The position numbers and the translations under genes are program-made. Shown in pieces: positions 1 to 8,544 of a stretch of 49,654 nucleotides of DNA. How positions within the stretch are numbered: position 1 is the first letter of the stretch; each line of letters opens with the position of its first letter. The notes beneath the pieces are model-generated. The model saw only the letters and a program-made list of their open reading frames with translations, was not told the origin of the DNA and made no database searches. The stretch is taken from positions 1 to 49,654 of the forward strand of contig SVOD01000002.1 in assembly GCA_015066575.1 (NCBI GenBank), in the 5' to 3' direction. Origin of the DNA: Oscillospiraceae bacterium (GTDB lineage: Bacteria; Bacillota; Clostridia; Oscillospirales; Acutalibacteraceae).

Positions 1-55
1 TTCCCCGCCTCAGCGCAGAGACTGACAAATTTCATCTCACTTTTTCAACATCTGC

Positions 56-116
56 CAGCGTGTCGAAAACAAGTTTTCGACACGCTGAAAAGACGGTGGC
101 ACCGTCTTTTTTTCTT
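56..116 (+). terminator. Tandem hairpins ending an off-window upstream + strand gene; the second is a Rho-independent terminator
   Basis: There is a perfect 15-nt inverted repeat cagcgtgtcgaaaac/gttttcgacacgctg at 56-87. It is followed by agacgg-tggca-ccgtct (91-107) and a T-run (107-115). Confidence 0.6.
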
Positions 117-195
117 TTTTCTGTTGCCTGTTCTTTGTGCTTTTTGCCGAATTAAAGCCCTCTTATATCGTGCTATTTGCACAAAAGACCGATTT

Positions 196-256
196 TTGAC
201 AAAATATGAGGTTTTTCTATAAAATATTTGATTTATTTGTATATATATAGTATAAT
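196..256 (+). promoter_or_regulatory. Two candidate sigma-70-type promoters for the Dlt-like operon
   Basis: TTGACA (196-201), 16 nt, TATAAA (218-223). TTGATT (228-233), 17 nt, TATAAT (251-256). Both lie 60-120 nt upstream of the first gene in an AT-rich spacer. Confidence 0.4.
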
Positions 257-319
257 TATTTTGATTGTGAGTAAAAATAATCTAATAGCATCAATAGACA
301 TAATGTGGAGAATAATAAC

Positions 320-1831
320 ATGAAAAATGTTTTGGAATTTTTAGAAAACAGCACCGCCGCTTTCAGCGAAAAAACGGCGGTCAAAGATGATGTGCAGTCG
401 TATTCTTACCAAGAATTGTCGGCAAAGAGCCGCCAAATCGGCTCCGCGCTGTGCACCAAGACACCGACACGCAAGCCGATTGCCGTGCTCATGGAAAAGA
501 GTTGCGAAACCCTCGCCGCCTTTTTCGGCATTGCCTATGCGGGCTGCTGCTACACCCTGCTCAACCCCTCGCTGCCCGCTTCGCGCCTGCAACAAATTAA
601 AGAAGTACTCGGTGCGCACATCATCATTACCGATGCCGACCACCGCGAGTTTGCCGCAGAGATTGCCGCGGCAGGCGATGAACTTTTAGATATTGCCGCC
701 CTTTTGGAAACAGAAGAAGATGCCGCCGCACTCGCAGCCGTGCGCCGCGATGCCGTCGACACCGACCCGCTTTACATCAACTTTACTTCCGGCTCTACCG
801 GCGTGCCTAAGGGTGTTATTATCAACCACCGCAGTGTGCTGGATTTCATTCCCGTTTTCACCAAGACCTTCGGTATCGGCTCCGGCGATATTTTAGCCAA
901 CCAGGCTCCTTTTGATTTTGATGTATCGGTCAAAGATATTTATTCCGCCATGAGTACCGGCGCTACCCTCGTGATTGTACCCACGCGCCTGTTCTCCAGC
1001 CCCACCGATTTACTCGACTATTTGTGCGAGAATGAAGCCACGGTCATGGTGTGGGCGGTTTCGGCGCTGTGCCTGATTTCCACCTTCCACGGGCTGGATT
1101 ACAAAGTGCCTTCCACTGTCAAAAAGATTTTATTCAGCGGCGAGGTAATGCCCGCCAAACACCTTTCACAGTGGATGGAGAAACTCCCCGAAACAACCTT
1201 TGTCAACCTCTATGGTCCGACAGAGATTACCTGCAACTGTACCTACCACATTGTTGACAGAGAAGCCGACAACGACATTCTCCCGATTGGCAAACCCTTT
1301 GATAACGAGCGCGTATTCCTGCTTGATGATAACAACCACCTTGTCAGCGAATGCAATCAAACCGGTGAAATCTGTGTAGCAGGCACCGCCCTGTCCCCCG
1401 GCTACTTCAATGCGCCGGAGCAGACAGCCAAAGCCTTTGTGCAAAACCCGCTCAATCCCTACTATCCCGAAATCATTTACCGCACCGGCGACTTAGGGCG
1501 CTATGATGAAAACGGCAACCTGTTCTTCAGCGGCAGAAAGGATTTCCAGATTAAGCACATGGGGCACCGCATTGAGCTTGAAGAAATTGAGCGCGCGATT
1601 CACAGTGTAGAAGGCATCCGCCGCTGCTGCTGTATTTTCGATGAAAGAAAGAGCAAACTCTACGGCTTCTATATCGGCAACTACGAGCGGCGCGAGCTGT
1701 TCCAGCTTTTAAAGGACATGCTCCCCGAATTTATGATACCGGGTGCACTGCGCAAGGTGGATGAACTGCCGCTGACCAAAAACGGCAAGATAGACAGAAA
1801 AGCATTAAGGGAAAGGGTGATAAAAAAATGA
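320..1831 (+). CDS. DltA-like carrier-protein ligase (ANL adenylate-forming enzyme; D-alanine--D-alanyl carrier protein ligase homolog)
   Basis: The ORF runs 305-1831. I prefer the ATG at 320 because GGAG at 307-310 sits 9 nt upstream, while 305 is a GTG inside that RBS. Adenylation core motifs are present: YINFTSGSTGVPKG, NLYGPTE, YRTGDLGR, GRKDFQIKHMGHRIELEEIE, LTKNGKIDRKAL. The DltA-specific signature NQAPFDFDVSV is also present (Bacillus DltA has NQAPFSFDLSV). Confidence 0.9.
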   Translation: MKNVLEFLENSTAAFSEKTAVKDDVQSYSYQELSAKSRQIGSALCTKTPTRKPIAVLMEKSCETLAAFFGIAYAGCCYTLLNPSLPASRLQQIKEVLGAHIIITDADHREFAAEIAAAGDELLDIAALLETEEDAAALAAVRRDAVDTDPLYINFTSGSTGVPKGVIINHRSVLDFIPVFTKTFGIGSGDILANQAPFDFDVSVKDIYSAMSTGATLVIVPTRLFSSPTDLLDYLCENEATVMVWAVSALCLISTFHGLDYKVPSTVKKILFSGEVMPAKHLSQWMEKLPETTFVNLYGPTEITCNCTYHIVDREADNDILPIGKPFDNERVFLLDDNNHLVSECNQTGEICVAGTALSPGYFNAPEQTAKAFVQNPLNPYYPEIIYRTGDLGRYDENGNLFFSGRKDFQIKHMGHRIELEEIERAIHSVEGIRRCCCIFDERKSKLYGFYIGNYERRELFQLLKDMLPEFMIPGALRKVDELPLTKNGKIDRKALRERVIKK

Positions 1832-2997
1832 CAGAACAATGCAAGTTAGAACTTTTAGAGCGCTACCCCACTCCCTTTTATGTGTTTGACAGTGAGGTGC
1901 TGCGCGCGCGGGTGCAATTTTTAAAAGAACATTTACCCGCAGGAATTGAGCTGTGCTACGCTGTTAAAGCCAACACATTTATTTCTCCGTATATTGCGGA
2001 TTTAATCGACCGCTATGAAGTCTGCTCCCCCGGCGAACTTGCCATTTGCACCGAGCAGGCAATCGCGCCCGAAAAGCTGGTGATTTCCGGTGTTTACAAA
2101 ACGCCCGAATTAATCGAGGGGCACATTTGTTCCGACAACTGTGCCGGTCACTACACCGCCGAAAGTTTAGAGCAATTCACACTCTTAAAACAGGCGACGG
2201 TCACCTCCGGTAAAAAAATTAACATTTTATTGCGCTTAACTTCAGGCAACCAATTCGGTATGAACGAAGAGGATATTAAAGAAATTATCCGCACCGAAAA
2301 AGACAATGAGGCTTTTGAACTGTGCGGCATTCAATTCTTCTCGGGCACTCAAAAAACTTCCATGAAGAAGTATAAGCGCGAAATTACCCACTTGGGTGAA
2401 TTCTTAAACGAGCTGGAAAACGAACTCGGCTTTGTAAGCAAAGAACTCGAATACGGCACCGGCTTCCCGGTATATTATTTTGCCGATAGTAAGCCGTTTG
2501 ATGAAGCTGCATTTTTGGCGGAATTTAATGAGATTTTAGCTACTCTCGGCTACGATTGCCACATCAGCTTGGAGTTAGGCAGAAGTATCGCCGCTTCCTG
2601 CGGCTCCTACTTTACCAAAGCCGTTGACAGCAAGATGAATCACGGTGAGCGCTATGCGATTATGGACGGCGGCATTCACCACATTGCTTACTTCGGGCAA
2701 TTTATGGCGATGAAGCGCCCCTACTTTGACCTGCTTCCGCACCGCGAGGGTGAGCCGGAAGAGTGGAACCTCTGCGGTTCGCTGTGCACGGTCAACGACC
2801 TGCTGGTAAAAGGGTTGCCGCTTGCCGATTTCAAAATCGGCGATGTCATTGAATTTCAAAACGCAGGCGCCTACTGCCCGACCGAAGGCATTTCCCTTTT
2901 CTTAAGCCGCGCGCTGCCCGGTGTTCTTATCCTGGAAGAGGGCGGCAAGGTTACAAAGCTCAGGGGCGCTGCCGAAACCTATAAGTTTAATTACTAA
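1828..2997 (+). CDS. Fold-type III PLP-dependent decarboxylase (Orn/DAP/Arg decarboxylase family 2, LysA-like)
   Basis: The start overlaps the upstream stop (ATGA at 1828-1831). The N-terminus reads YPTPFYVFD...ELCYAVKANTF, which includes the PLP-lysine motif YAxKAN. The C-terminus has LCGSLCTVNDLL, matching the GxxCxxxD active-site Cys motif of DAP/ornithine decarboxylases. Confidence 0.85.
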   Translation: MTEQCKLELLERYPTPFYVFDSEVLRARVQFLKEHLPAGIELCYAVKANTFISPYIADLIDRYEVCSPGELAICTEQAIAPEKLVISGVYKTPELIEGHICSDNCAGHYTAESLEQFTLLKQATVTSGKKINILLRLTSGNQFGMNEEDIKEIIRTEKDNEAFELCGIQFFSGTQKTSMKKYKREITHLGEFLNELENELGFVSKELEYGTGFPVYYFADSKPFDEAAFLAEFNEILATLGYDCHISLELGRSIAASCGSYFTKAVDSKMNHGERYAIMDGGIHHIAYFGQFMAMKRPYFDLLPHREGEPEEWNLCGSLCTVNDLLVKGLPLADFKIGDVIEFQNAGAYCPTEGISLFLSRALPGVLILEEGGKVTKLRGAAETYKFNY

Positions 2998-3070
2998 AAC
3001 AGCACTTTTCCATTCGATATTATACATCAAGTATGTTCCGAAAAATATATAAACAACTAAGCGAGGAAAC

Positions 3071-4672
3071 ATGAGTTCTTATATATCAATAACATATTTA
3101 CTTATCTTCCTGCCCATCGTGGCACTGGTCTTCACAGTGGTGCCGCGAAAGGCAAAACCGTTTGTTCTGCTGGCAGCAAGCCTGGTGTTTATGTACCTGT
3201 GCAGCCATTTTTGGATTGTGTATTGGGTCTTTACCACCGTGAGCATCTTTGTCTCGGCTCTCTTGGTCGAAAAATCCAAGAAAAAATGCAAAGAGGCGTT
3301 GCCTGCCGCAGAAAACAGAGAACAAAAGAAAGCCATCAAAAAAAGCTTTGCGCGCAAGCAACTGCTGTTGGTGACGCTCATTATCGTTGCCAATATCGGT
3401 CTTTTGGCTGTGCTGCGCTATTCACAGTTTTTCGTTGCCAACTTCAATAAGGTACTGCAACTGTGCGGCAGTGATTTCCAATTTGCACTGCCGAAGTTTG
3501 CCGCTTGTATCGGTATTTCCTTCTACACCCTGCAGGCGGTTTCCTATATTCACGATGTCTATAAAGACAAGATTCAAGCCGACCATAATTTCGGCAGGCT
3601 GGCTCTGTATATGAGTTTCTTCCCGATTATTATGGAAGGCCCCATCTGCCGATACAGTGACACTGCCGAAAAATTATGGAGCGGCGAGAGAATTACTTAT
3701 AAAAATTTCACCTTCGGTATGCAGCGCATGGCGTTCGGTATTTTAAAGAAAGTGGTGGTTGCCGACCGCTTAAATGTTATTGTCACTTCCATTTTCAGAG
3801 AGTACCAATACTGCGATTATGACGGCGGCATTATTTTCCTCGGCGCCGTACTGTATACGATTGAATTGTATATGGAATTTTCCGGTACGATTGATGTGGT
3901 CATCGGCAGCGGCGAAATCTTCGGCGTAACCATTCCCGAAAACTTCCGTCAGCCTTTCTTCTCCAAGAGCATTACCGAATTTTGGCAACGCTGGCACATT
4001 ACGCTGGGTACCTGGTTCAGAGATTATATCTTCTACCCCGTGACCATGAGCAAGCCCATGAAAAAGCTGACCAAGAGCGCCCGCAAAAAACTCGGCAGAA
4101 ACTACGGACCGATGCCGGCAAGCATTTTTGCCTTCGGTTGCGTGTGGCTGTGCAACGGCTTGTGGCACGGTGCCGGTTGGGAGTTCATCTTCTTTGGCTT
4201 CTACCACTTTGTGCTCATTTCTCTGGGCAGTTTGATTTTACCCGTTTCCACCAGACTGTTTGAAAAGTGGCATTTTGACCGCAACAAATTGCCCTACCGC
4301 ATCTTCACCATAGTGCGCACGGCGATTTTGGTCTGCATCGGCGAAATGTTCTTTAACTCCAGAGGCTTAAGCGAAGGAATGAAAATGTTTAAGGTGCTTG
4401 TCACCAAATTCACCTTCAAATCCTTCTTTAACGGCGCGATTTTCACCATGGGTATCGACCGCTTCGATTACATCATTGTGCTCGTGGTGATTCTCTTGGT
4501 ATTCGCTGTCGGTTTGATGAAAGAAAAGGGCATTTCCCCGCGCGAGTGGATTGCGCAAAGAAATGTGGTTATTCGCTGGAGCATTTTCTTTGCAATGATT
4601 CTTTTCATTGTCATATTCGGCGCTTACGGCACGGGTTATATTCCGATTGACCCGATTTATGCGAATTTCTAA
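3071..4672 (+). CDS. MBOAT-family membrane O-acyltransferase (DltB/AlgI-like), paralog 1
   Basis: The 533-aa product is polytopic and hydrophobic. It carries the MBOAT catalytic-His block FWQRWHITLGTWFRDYIFYPV. RBS GAGG lies upstream of the ATG. Confidence 0.9.
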   Translation: MSSYISITYLLIFLPIVALVFTVVPRKAKPFVLLAASLVFMYLCSHFWIVYWVFTTVSIFVSALLVEKSKKKCKEALPAAENREQKKAIKKSFARKQLLLVTLIIVANIGLLAVLRYSQFFVANFNKVLQLCGSDFQFALPKFAACIGISFYTLQAVSYIHDVYKDKIQADHNFGRLALYMSFFPIIMEGPICRYSDTAEKLWSGERITYKNFTFGMQRMAFGILKKVVVADRLNVIVTSIFREYQYCDYDGGIIFLGAVLYTIELYMEFSGTIDVVIGSGEIFGVTIPENFRQPFFSKSITEFWQRWHITLGTWFRDYIFYPVTMSKPMKKLTKSARKKLGRNYGPMPASIFAFGCVWLCNGLWHGAGWEFIFFGFYHFVLISLGSLILPVSTRLFEKWHFDRNKLPYRIFTIVRTAILVCIGEMFFNSRGLSEGMKMFKVLVTKFTFKSFFNGAIFTMGIDRFDYIIVLVVILLVFAVGLMKEKGISPREWIAQRNVVIRWSIFFAMILFIVIFGAYGTGYIPIDPIYANF

Positions 4673-4684
4673 GGGGGTGCCGCA

Positions 4685-5662
4685 ATGAAAAAGATTTTTA
4701 GTAAAGACAATATCAAAAAGTTCCTTGCCTGTGTGCTCTTTATCGCCATCGGCGTCGGTTTATTAGGCGGTGCTTCCTACCTCTTTACACCGGAACGCTT
4801 TCACACCGATACGGTCAAGGATGTAAAACCTTACGGTCTGCTCGCCGAACCCGAGAATACGATGGATGCCATCATCTACGGCGACAGTGAAGCGTTTTCC
4901 GCCTTTTCCCCCGTGCAGATGTGGGAAGAGCACGGCTTTACCTGCTATGTGTGCTCCAGTGCCTCGCAGTACATCTCGTTAACCGAGAGCTTTGTGCGCC
5001 AAACTTTGGAACACCAACAGCCGCAAGTCGTCTTTTTGGAAACGAATGCCATTTACAGAAAGATGAATTCGGATGACCCGGGGCTCAACCAAATCGAAAA
5101 AACCTTGCCTGTCTTTAAATACCACAATCTGTGGAAAAACATTGACCCCGCCGGCATCAACGAAAATGAAAACGATTACTGCTGGCAGGATGATTTAAAA
5201 GGCTTTAAGTATATTGACATCATCAACAAGTCCTCCCATCCGGACTATATGAAGAAAACCAAACAATATAAAAAAGTGCCCGGTTCCAACCTGCAGCATG
5301 TACAAAACATTTACGACATCTGCCGGCAAAAAGGCGTGGAGCTGGTGCTGGTGAGTGCGCCGAGTACGGTCAACTGGAACTATGCCAAGCACAATATGAT
5401 GGTCAAACTCTCCAAACAGTTAGGTGTTAAGTACATCGACCTAAACCTGGAAAAGAGCATCGGCTTGGATTGGAACCACGATACCTGTGACCGCGGCGAC
5501 CATGTCAATTACTACGGCGCGACCAAGGTCACTAAATTCTTCGGTAACTACGCCGCCGAAACCTTCTCGCTGCCCGACCACCGCGGCGACCCCGCCTACA
5601 AAGACTGGGCACAGTTGAAGGTGAAGTATGAAGAAGTTATCGCCAGAAGCAAAACCAAGTAA
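4685..5662 (+). CDS. Membrane-anchored SGNH/DltD-like extracytoplasmic protein, paralog 1
   Basis: It has a single N-terminal TM helix (FLACVLFIAIGVGLLGG). IIYGDSEAFSAFSP resembles GDS block I, and the C-terminal DRGDHVNYYG resembles the D-x-x-H block V. The RBS is AGGGGG. It follows an MBOAT gene, as DltD and AlgJ/X partners do. Confidence 0.7.
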   Translation: MKKIFSKDNIKKFLACVLFIAIGVGLLGGASYLFTPERFHTDTVKDVKPYGLLAEPENTMDAIIYGDSEAFSAFSPVQMWEEHGFTCYVCSSASQYISLTESFVRQTLEHQQPQVVFLETNAIYRKMNSDDPGLNQIEKTLPVFKYHNLWKNIDPAGINENENDYCWQDDLKGFKYIDIINKSSHPDYMKKTKQYKKVPGSNLQHVQNIYDICRQKGVELVLVSAPSTVNWNYAKHNMMVKLSKQLGVKYIDLNLEKSIGLDWNHDTCDRGDHVNYYGATKVTKFFGNYAAETFSLPDHRGDPAYKDWAQLKVKYEEVIARSKTK

Positions 5663-5711
5663 ACAAAGCGGGTTCCCCGCTGACAAATAAATGATTTAAG
5701 GAGAAAACATT

Positions 5712-5939
5712 ATGGACAGATTAATTGAAATTTTGGAAGACATTCAGCCCGATGCGGATTATGAAACCTGCACCACTTTGATTGACGACCACATTTTAGG
5801 TTCACTTCAAATCATCTCGCTCGTTGCGGAAATCGAAGATGAATTTGACATCACCATCCCCACCGTGGAAATCAAGCCCGAAAACTTTAACTCTGCCAAA
5901 AGCCTGATGGCAATGATTGAAAGATTAGAAGACGAATAA
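5712..5939 (+). CDS. Small acyl/aminoacyl carrier protein (DltC-like)
   Basis: The product is 75 aa and acidic, with a helical carrier-protein pattern ...DDHILGSLQIISLVAEIEDEFDI... Ser31 is the candidate phosphopantetheine site. RBS AAGGAG sits 8 nt upstream. The gene lies between dlt-type genes. Confidence 0.75.
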   Translation: MDRLIEILEDIQPDADYETCTTLIDDHILGSLQIISLVAEIEDEFDITIPTVEIKPENFNSAKSLMAMIERLEDE

Positions 5940-5955
5940 GAATTAACCCCTGCCT

Positions 5956-7563
5956 ATGCAAATTACATCTTATATATCTGTAGCCTATCTCGCAGTCTTT
6001 TTGCCTGCGGCATTACTCTTATATACGATTGTGCCAAAAAAGGTAAGACCCTTTGTATTATTAGCTGCCGGTTTTACCTTTTTTTGGTTTATCAGCGAGT
6101 TCCTCATCGCCTACCTTTTGGTATCCATCCTCAGCATTTATCTGATTGGTCTGTGGCTGGAGCAGCTCAAAGGTAAGCGCGCCGCCGCACTGTCTGCGGC
6201 AAGCGATAAAGAAGAAAAAAAGCGCATCAAAAAGCAAAGCCAAACGCGGCAACTGCTGGTGGTGCTGTTGGGCGTACTTATCAACATCGGCATTCTTGCC
6301 GTGCTCAAGTATTCCCCCTTCTTCTTTACCAATGTCAATTTGATTTTACGCCTGACGCATGCCAAGGTCGGCGTGGAAGTGCCGCAGTTTTTAACACCCA
6401 TCGGCATTTCATTCTACTCGTTGCAAGCCGTTTCCTACCTGCACGATGTATATAAAGACAAAATAAAAGCCGACCGCAATCTCGCGCGCGTCGCACTGTT
6501 TATGTCGTTCTTCCCTGTTATAATGGAAGGGCCTATTTGCCGCTATAGCGATACTGCCGATGCACTCTATTCCGGCGAAAGACTGCATTACAAAAACCTT
6601 ACCTTCGGCGCGCAGCGCATCGCTTTCGGCATCTTTAAAAAGATTGTCATTGCCGACAGGCTTAACATCTTTGTGACTACCATTTTTAAAGACTACGAAG
6701 CCTTTGATTATGACGGCGGGTTAATTTTGCTCGGCGCTATCTTTTATACGATTGAGTTGTATATGGAATTTTCCGGCACGATTGATGTGGTTATCGGTAG
6801 CGGCGAAATGTTCGGTGTGCGCGTGCCCGAAAACTTCCGCCAGCCGTTTTTCTCCAAAAGCATTACCGAATTTTGGCAACGCTGGCACATCACGCTGGGC
6901 ACCTGGTTTAGAGATTATATCTTCTACCCCGTGACCATGAGCAAGCCCATGAAAAAGTTGACCAAAAGCGCCCGCAAAACGCTTGGTCGGCACTACGGAC
7001 CGATGCCGGCAAGTATTATTGCGTTTTTCTGCGTTTGGTTCTGTAACGGTTTGTGGCACGGCGCCGGTTGGCAGTTCATCCTGTTCGGGATGTATCACTT
7101 TGTGCTCATTTCCCTGGGCAGTTTAATTCTGCCGCTCTCCAATCTCGTGTTGGGCAAACTCAAAATTGACCGCAATAAATTCCCGTATAAACTCTTTACG
7201 ATTCTGCGCACCGCTTTGCTGGTGAGCATCGGCGAAATGTTTTTCAACTCGCGCGGTTTTCACGACAGCATCCATATGCTCAAGCGCATCCTGACAACCT
7301 TCACCTTTAAATCATGGTTTGACGGCTCTGTTTTCAGTTTGGGATTAGACCCCTATGATGTGCTGATTTTAGTCATCGCCATCGCTGTGGTCTTTACTAT
7401 CGGCATCATCAAAGAAAAAGGCAAGTCGCCGCGCGAATGTATTGGCGCAAAACCGATTTTCGTGCGCTGGCCGATTTATATTGCACTGGTCGTAAGTATC
7501 ATTGTGTTCGGTGCCTACGGCGCGGGTTACATTCCGATTGACCCGATTTATGCCAATTTCTAA
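5956..7563 (+). CDS. MBOAT-family membrane O-acyltransferase (DltB/AlgI-like), paralog 2
   Basis: The 535-aa product is colinear with 3071-4672, at roughly two-thirds identity by eye, and has the identical FWQRWHITLGTWFRDYIFYPVTMSKPMKKLTKSARK block. Confidence 0.9.
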   Translation: MQITSYISVAYLAVFLPAALLLYTIVPKKVRPFVLLAAGFTFFWFISEFLIAYLLVSILSIYLIGLWLEQLKGKRAAALSAASDKEEKKRIKKQSQTRQLLVVLLGVLINIGILAVLKYSPFFFTNVNLILRLTHAKVGVEVPQFLTPIGISFYSLQAVSYLHDVYKDKIKADRNLARVALFMSFFPVIMEGPICRYSDTADALYSGERLHYKNLTFGAQRIAFGIFKKIVIADRLNIFVTTIFKDYEAFDYDGGLILLGAIFYTIELYMEFSGTIDVVIGSGEMFGVRVPENFRQPFFSKSITEFWQRWHITLGTWFRDYIFYPVTMSKPMKKLTKSARKTLGRHYGPMPASIIAFFCVWFCNGLWHGAGWQFILFGMYHFVLISLGSLILPLSNLVLGKLKIDRNKFPYKLFTILRTALLVSIGEMFFNSRGFHDSIHMLKRILTTFTFKSWFDGSVFSLGLDPYDVLILVIAIAVVFTIGIIKEKGKSPRECIGAKPIFVRWPIYIALVVSIIVFGAYGAGYIPIDPIYANF

Positions 7564-7575
7564 GGAGGTGAAGAA

Positions 7576-8544
7576 ATGGATAAAATAGATAAAAAACTCG
7601 CGATTAAAAAAATCATCGGCGCTGTTATTTTTATTCTTCTGTTAGCGCTGGTTCTGCTTATCATTTCCTATTTCTTTGCCCCGCAAAAGGACAAAAGCAT
7701 TACAATGCAGGATGTCAAGCCCAACGGTATTTTGGCAGAAAAAGACCAAACCATTGATGTGATTTTATTCGGCGACAGTGAAGCCTACACCGCATTCTCC
7801 CCCATCCAAATGTGGCGGGATAACGGGTTTCCTTCCTTTGTGTGCGCAAGTTCCTCACAGTATGTTTCCCTTACGGAGAGTTTTGTGCACCAGGCACTTG
7901 AGCACCAAACGCCCAAAGTCGTGATTCTTGAAACCAACGCTTTTTACAGAAAAATGCGTTCGGATAATGCGTTCATAACACGCGTCGAGAATATGTTTTC
8001 CGTTTTGCAGTACCATAACCGCTGGAAAACGCTTTGCCCGCTGAAGTTGGATAAAAATGTCAACTATAATTGGAAAGACGATATGAAAGGCTATAAATAT
8101 GCCAAGCTTTCCACCAAGGGCAATAATAAAGAATATATGATTAAGACCGACGAGATTGAGCCCATCCCCGAAACAAACGCACGCTATGTGGGGCAAATTG
8201 CGGACTACTGCCGCAAAAAAGGGGTGAAGGTACTTTTGGTGAGCACACCCAGCTCCAAAAACTGGAACTACAAGCGGCATAACGCGGTTGCTGCCCTTGC
8301 CCAAAAAATCGGCACCGAGTATTTGGATTTAAACCTGCAAAAAGAAATCCAAATTGATTGGCATACCGACACGGCGGATGCCGGCGACCACTTGAATTTC
8401 CGCGGCACCAAAAAGGTCTGCGCCTTCTTGGGTGATTATTTGGCAAAAACATACCACCTCGCGGATAAGCGGAACGACCCCGCCTACCAAGAGTGGAATG
8501 ACTTAATCACAAAATATGAATATTTAACAGCAGAAAACAAATAA
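7576..8544 (+). CDS. Membrane-anchored SGNH/DltD-like extracytoplasmic protein, paralog 2
   Basis: The 322-aa product is colinear with 4685-5662 (ILFGDSEAYTAFSP; DAGDHLNFRG). The RBS is AGGAGG. The TAA stop lies inside the first hairpin of the downstream repeat element. Confidence 0.7.
   Translation: MDKIDKKLAIKKIIGAVIFILLLALVLLIISYFFAPQKDKSITMQDVKPNGILAEKDQTIDVILFGDSEAYTAFSPIQMWRDNGFPSFVCASSSQYVSLTESFVHQALEHQTPKVVILETNAFYRKMRSDNAFITRVENMFSVLQYHNRWKTLCPLKLDKNVNYNWKDDMKGYKYAKLSTKGNNKEYMIKTDEIEPIPETNARYVGQIADYCRKKGVKVLLVSTPSSKNWNYKRHNAVAALAQKIGTEYLDLNLQKEIQIDWHTDTADAGDHLNFRGTKKVCAFLGDYLAKTYHLADKRNDPAYQEWNDLITKYEYLTAENK

Noticed and set aside
305-319. A GTG start at 305 for the DltA-like gene.
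   Set aside because: The GTG overlaps the GGAG (307-310), which is correctly spaced as the RBS for the ATG at 320. This is a minor annotation choice and the function is unaffected.
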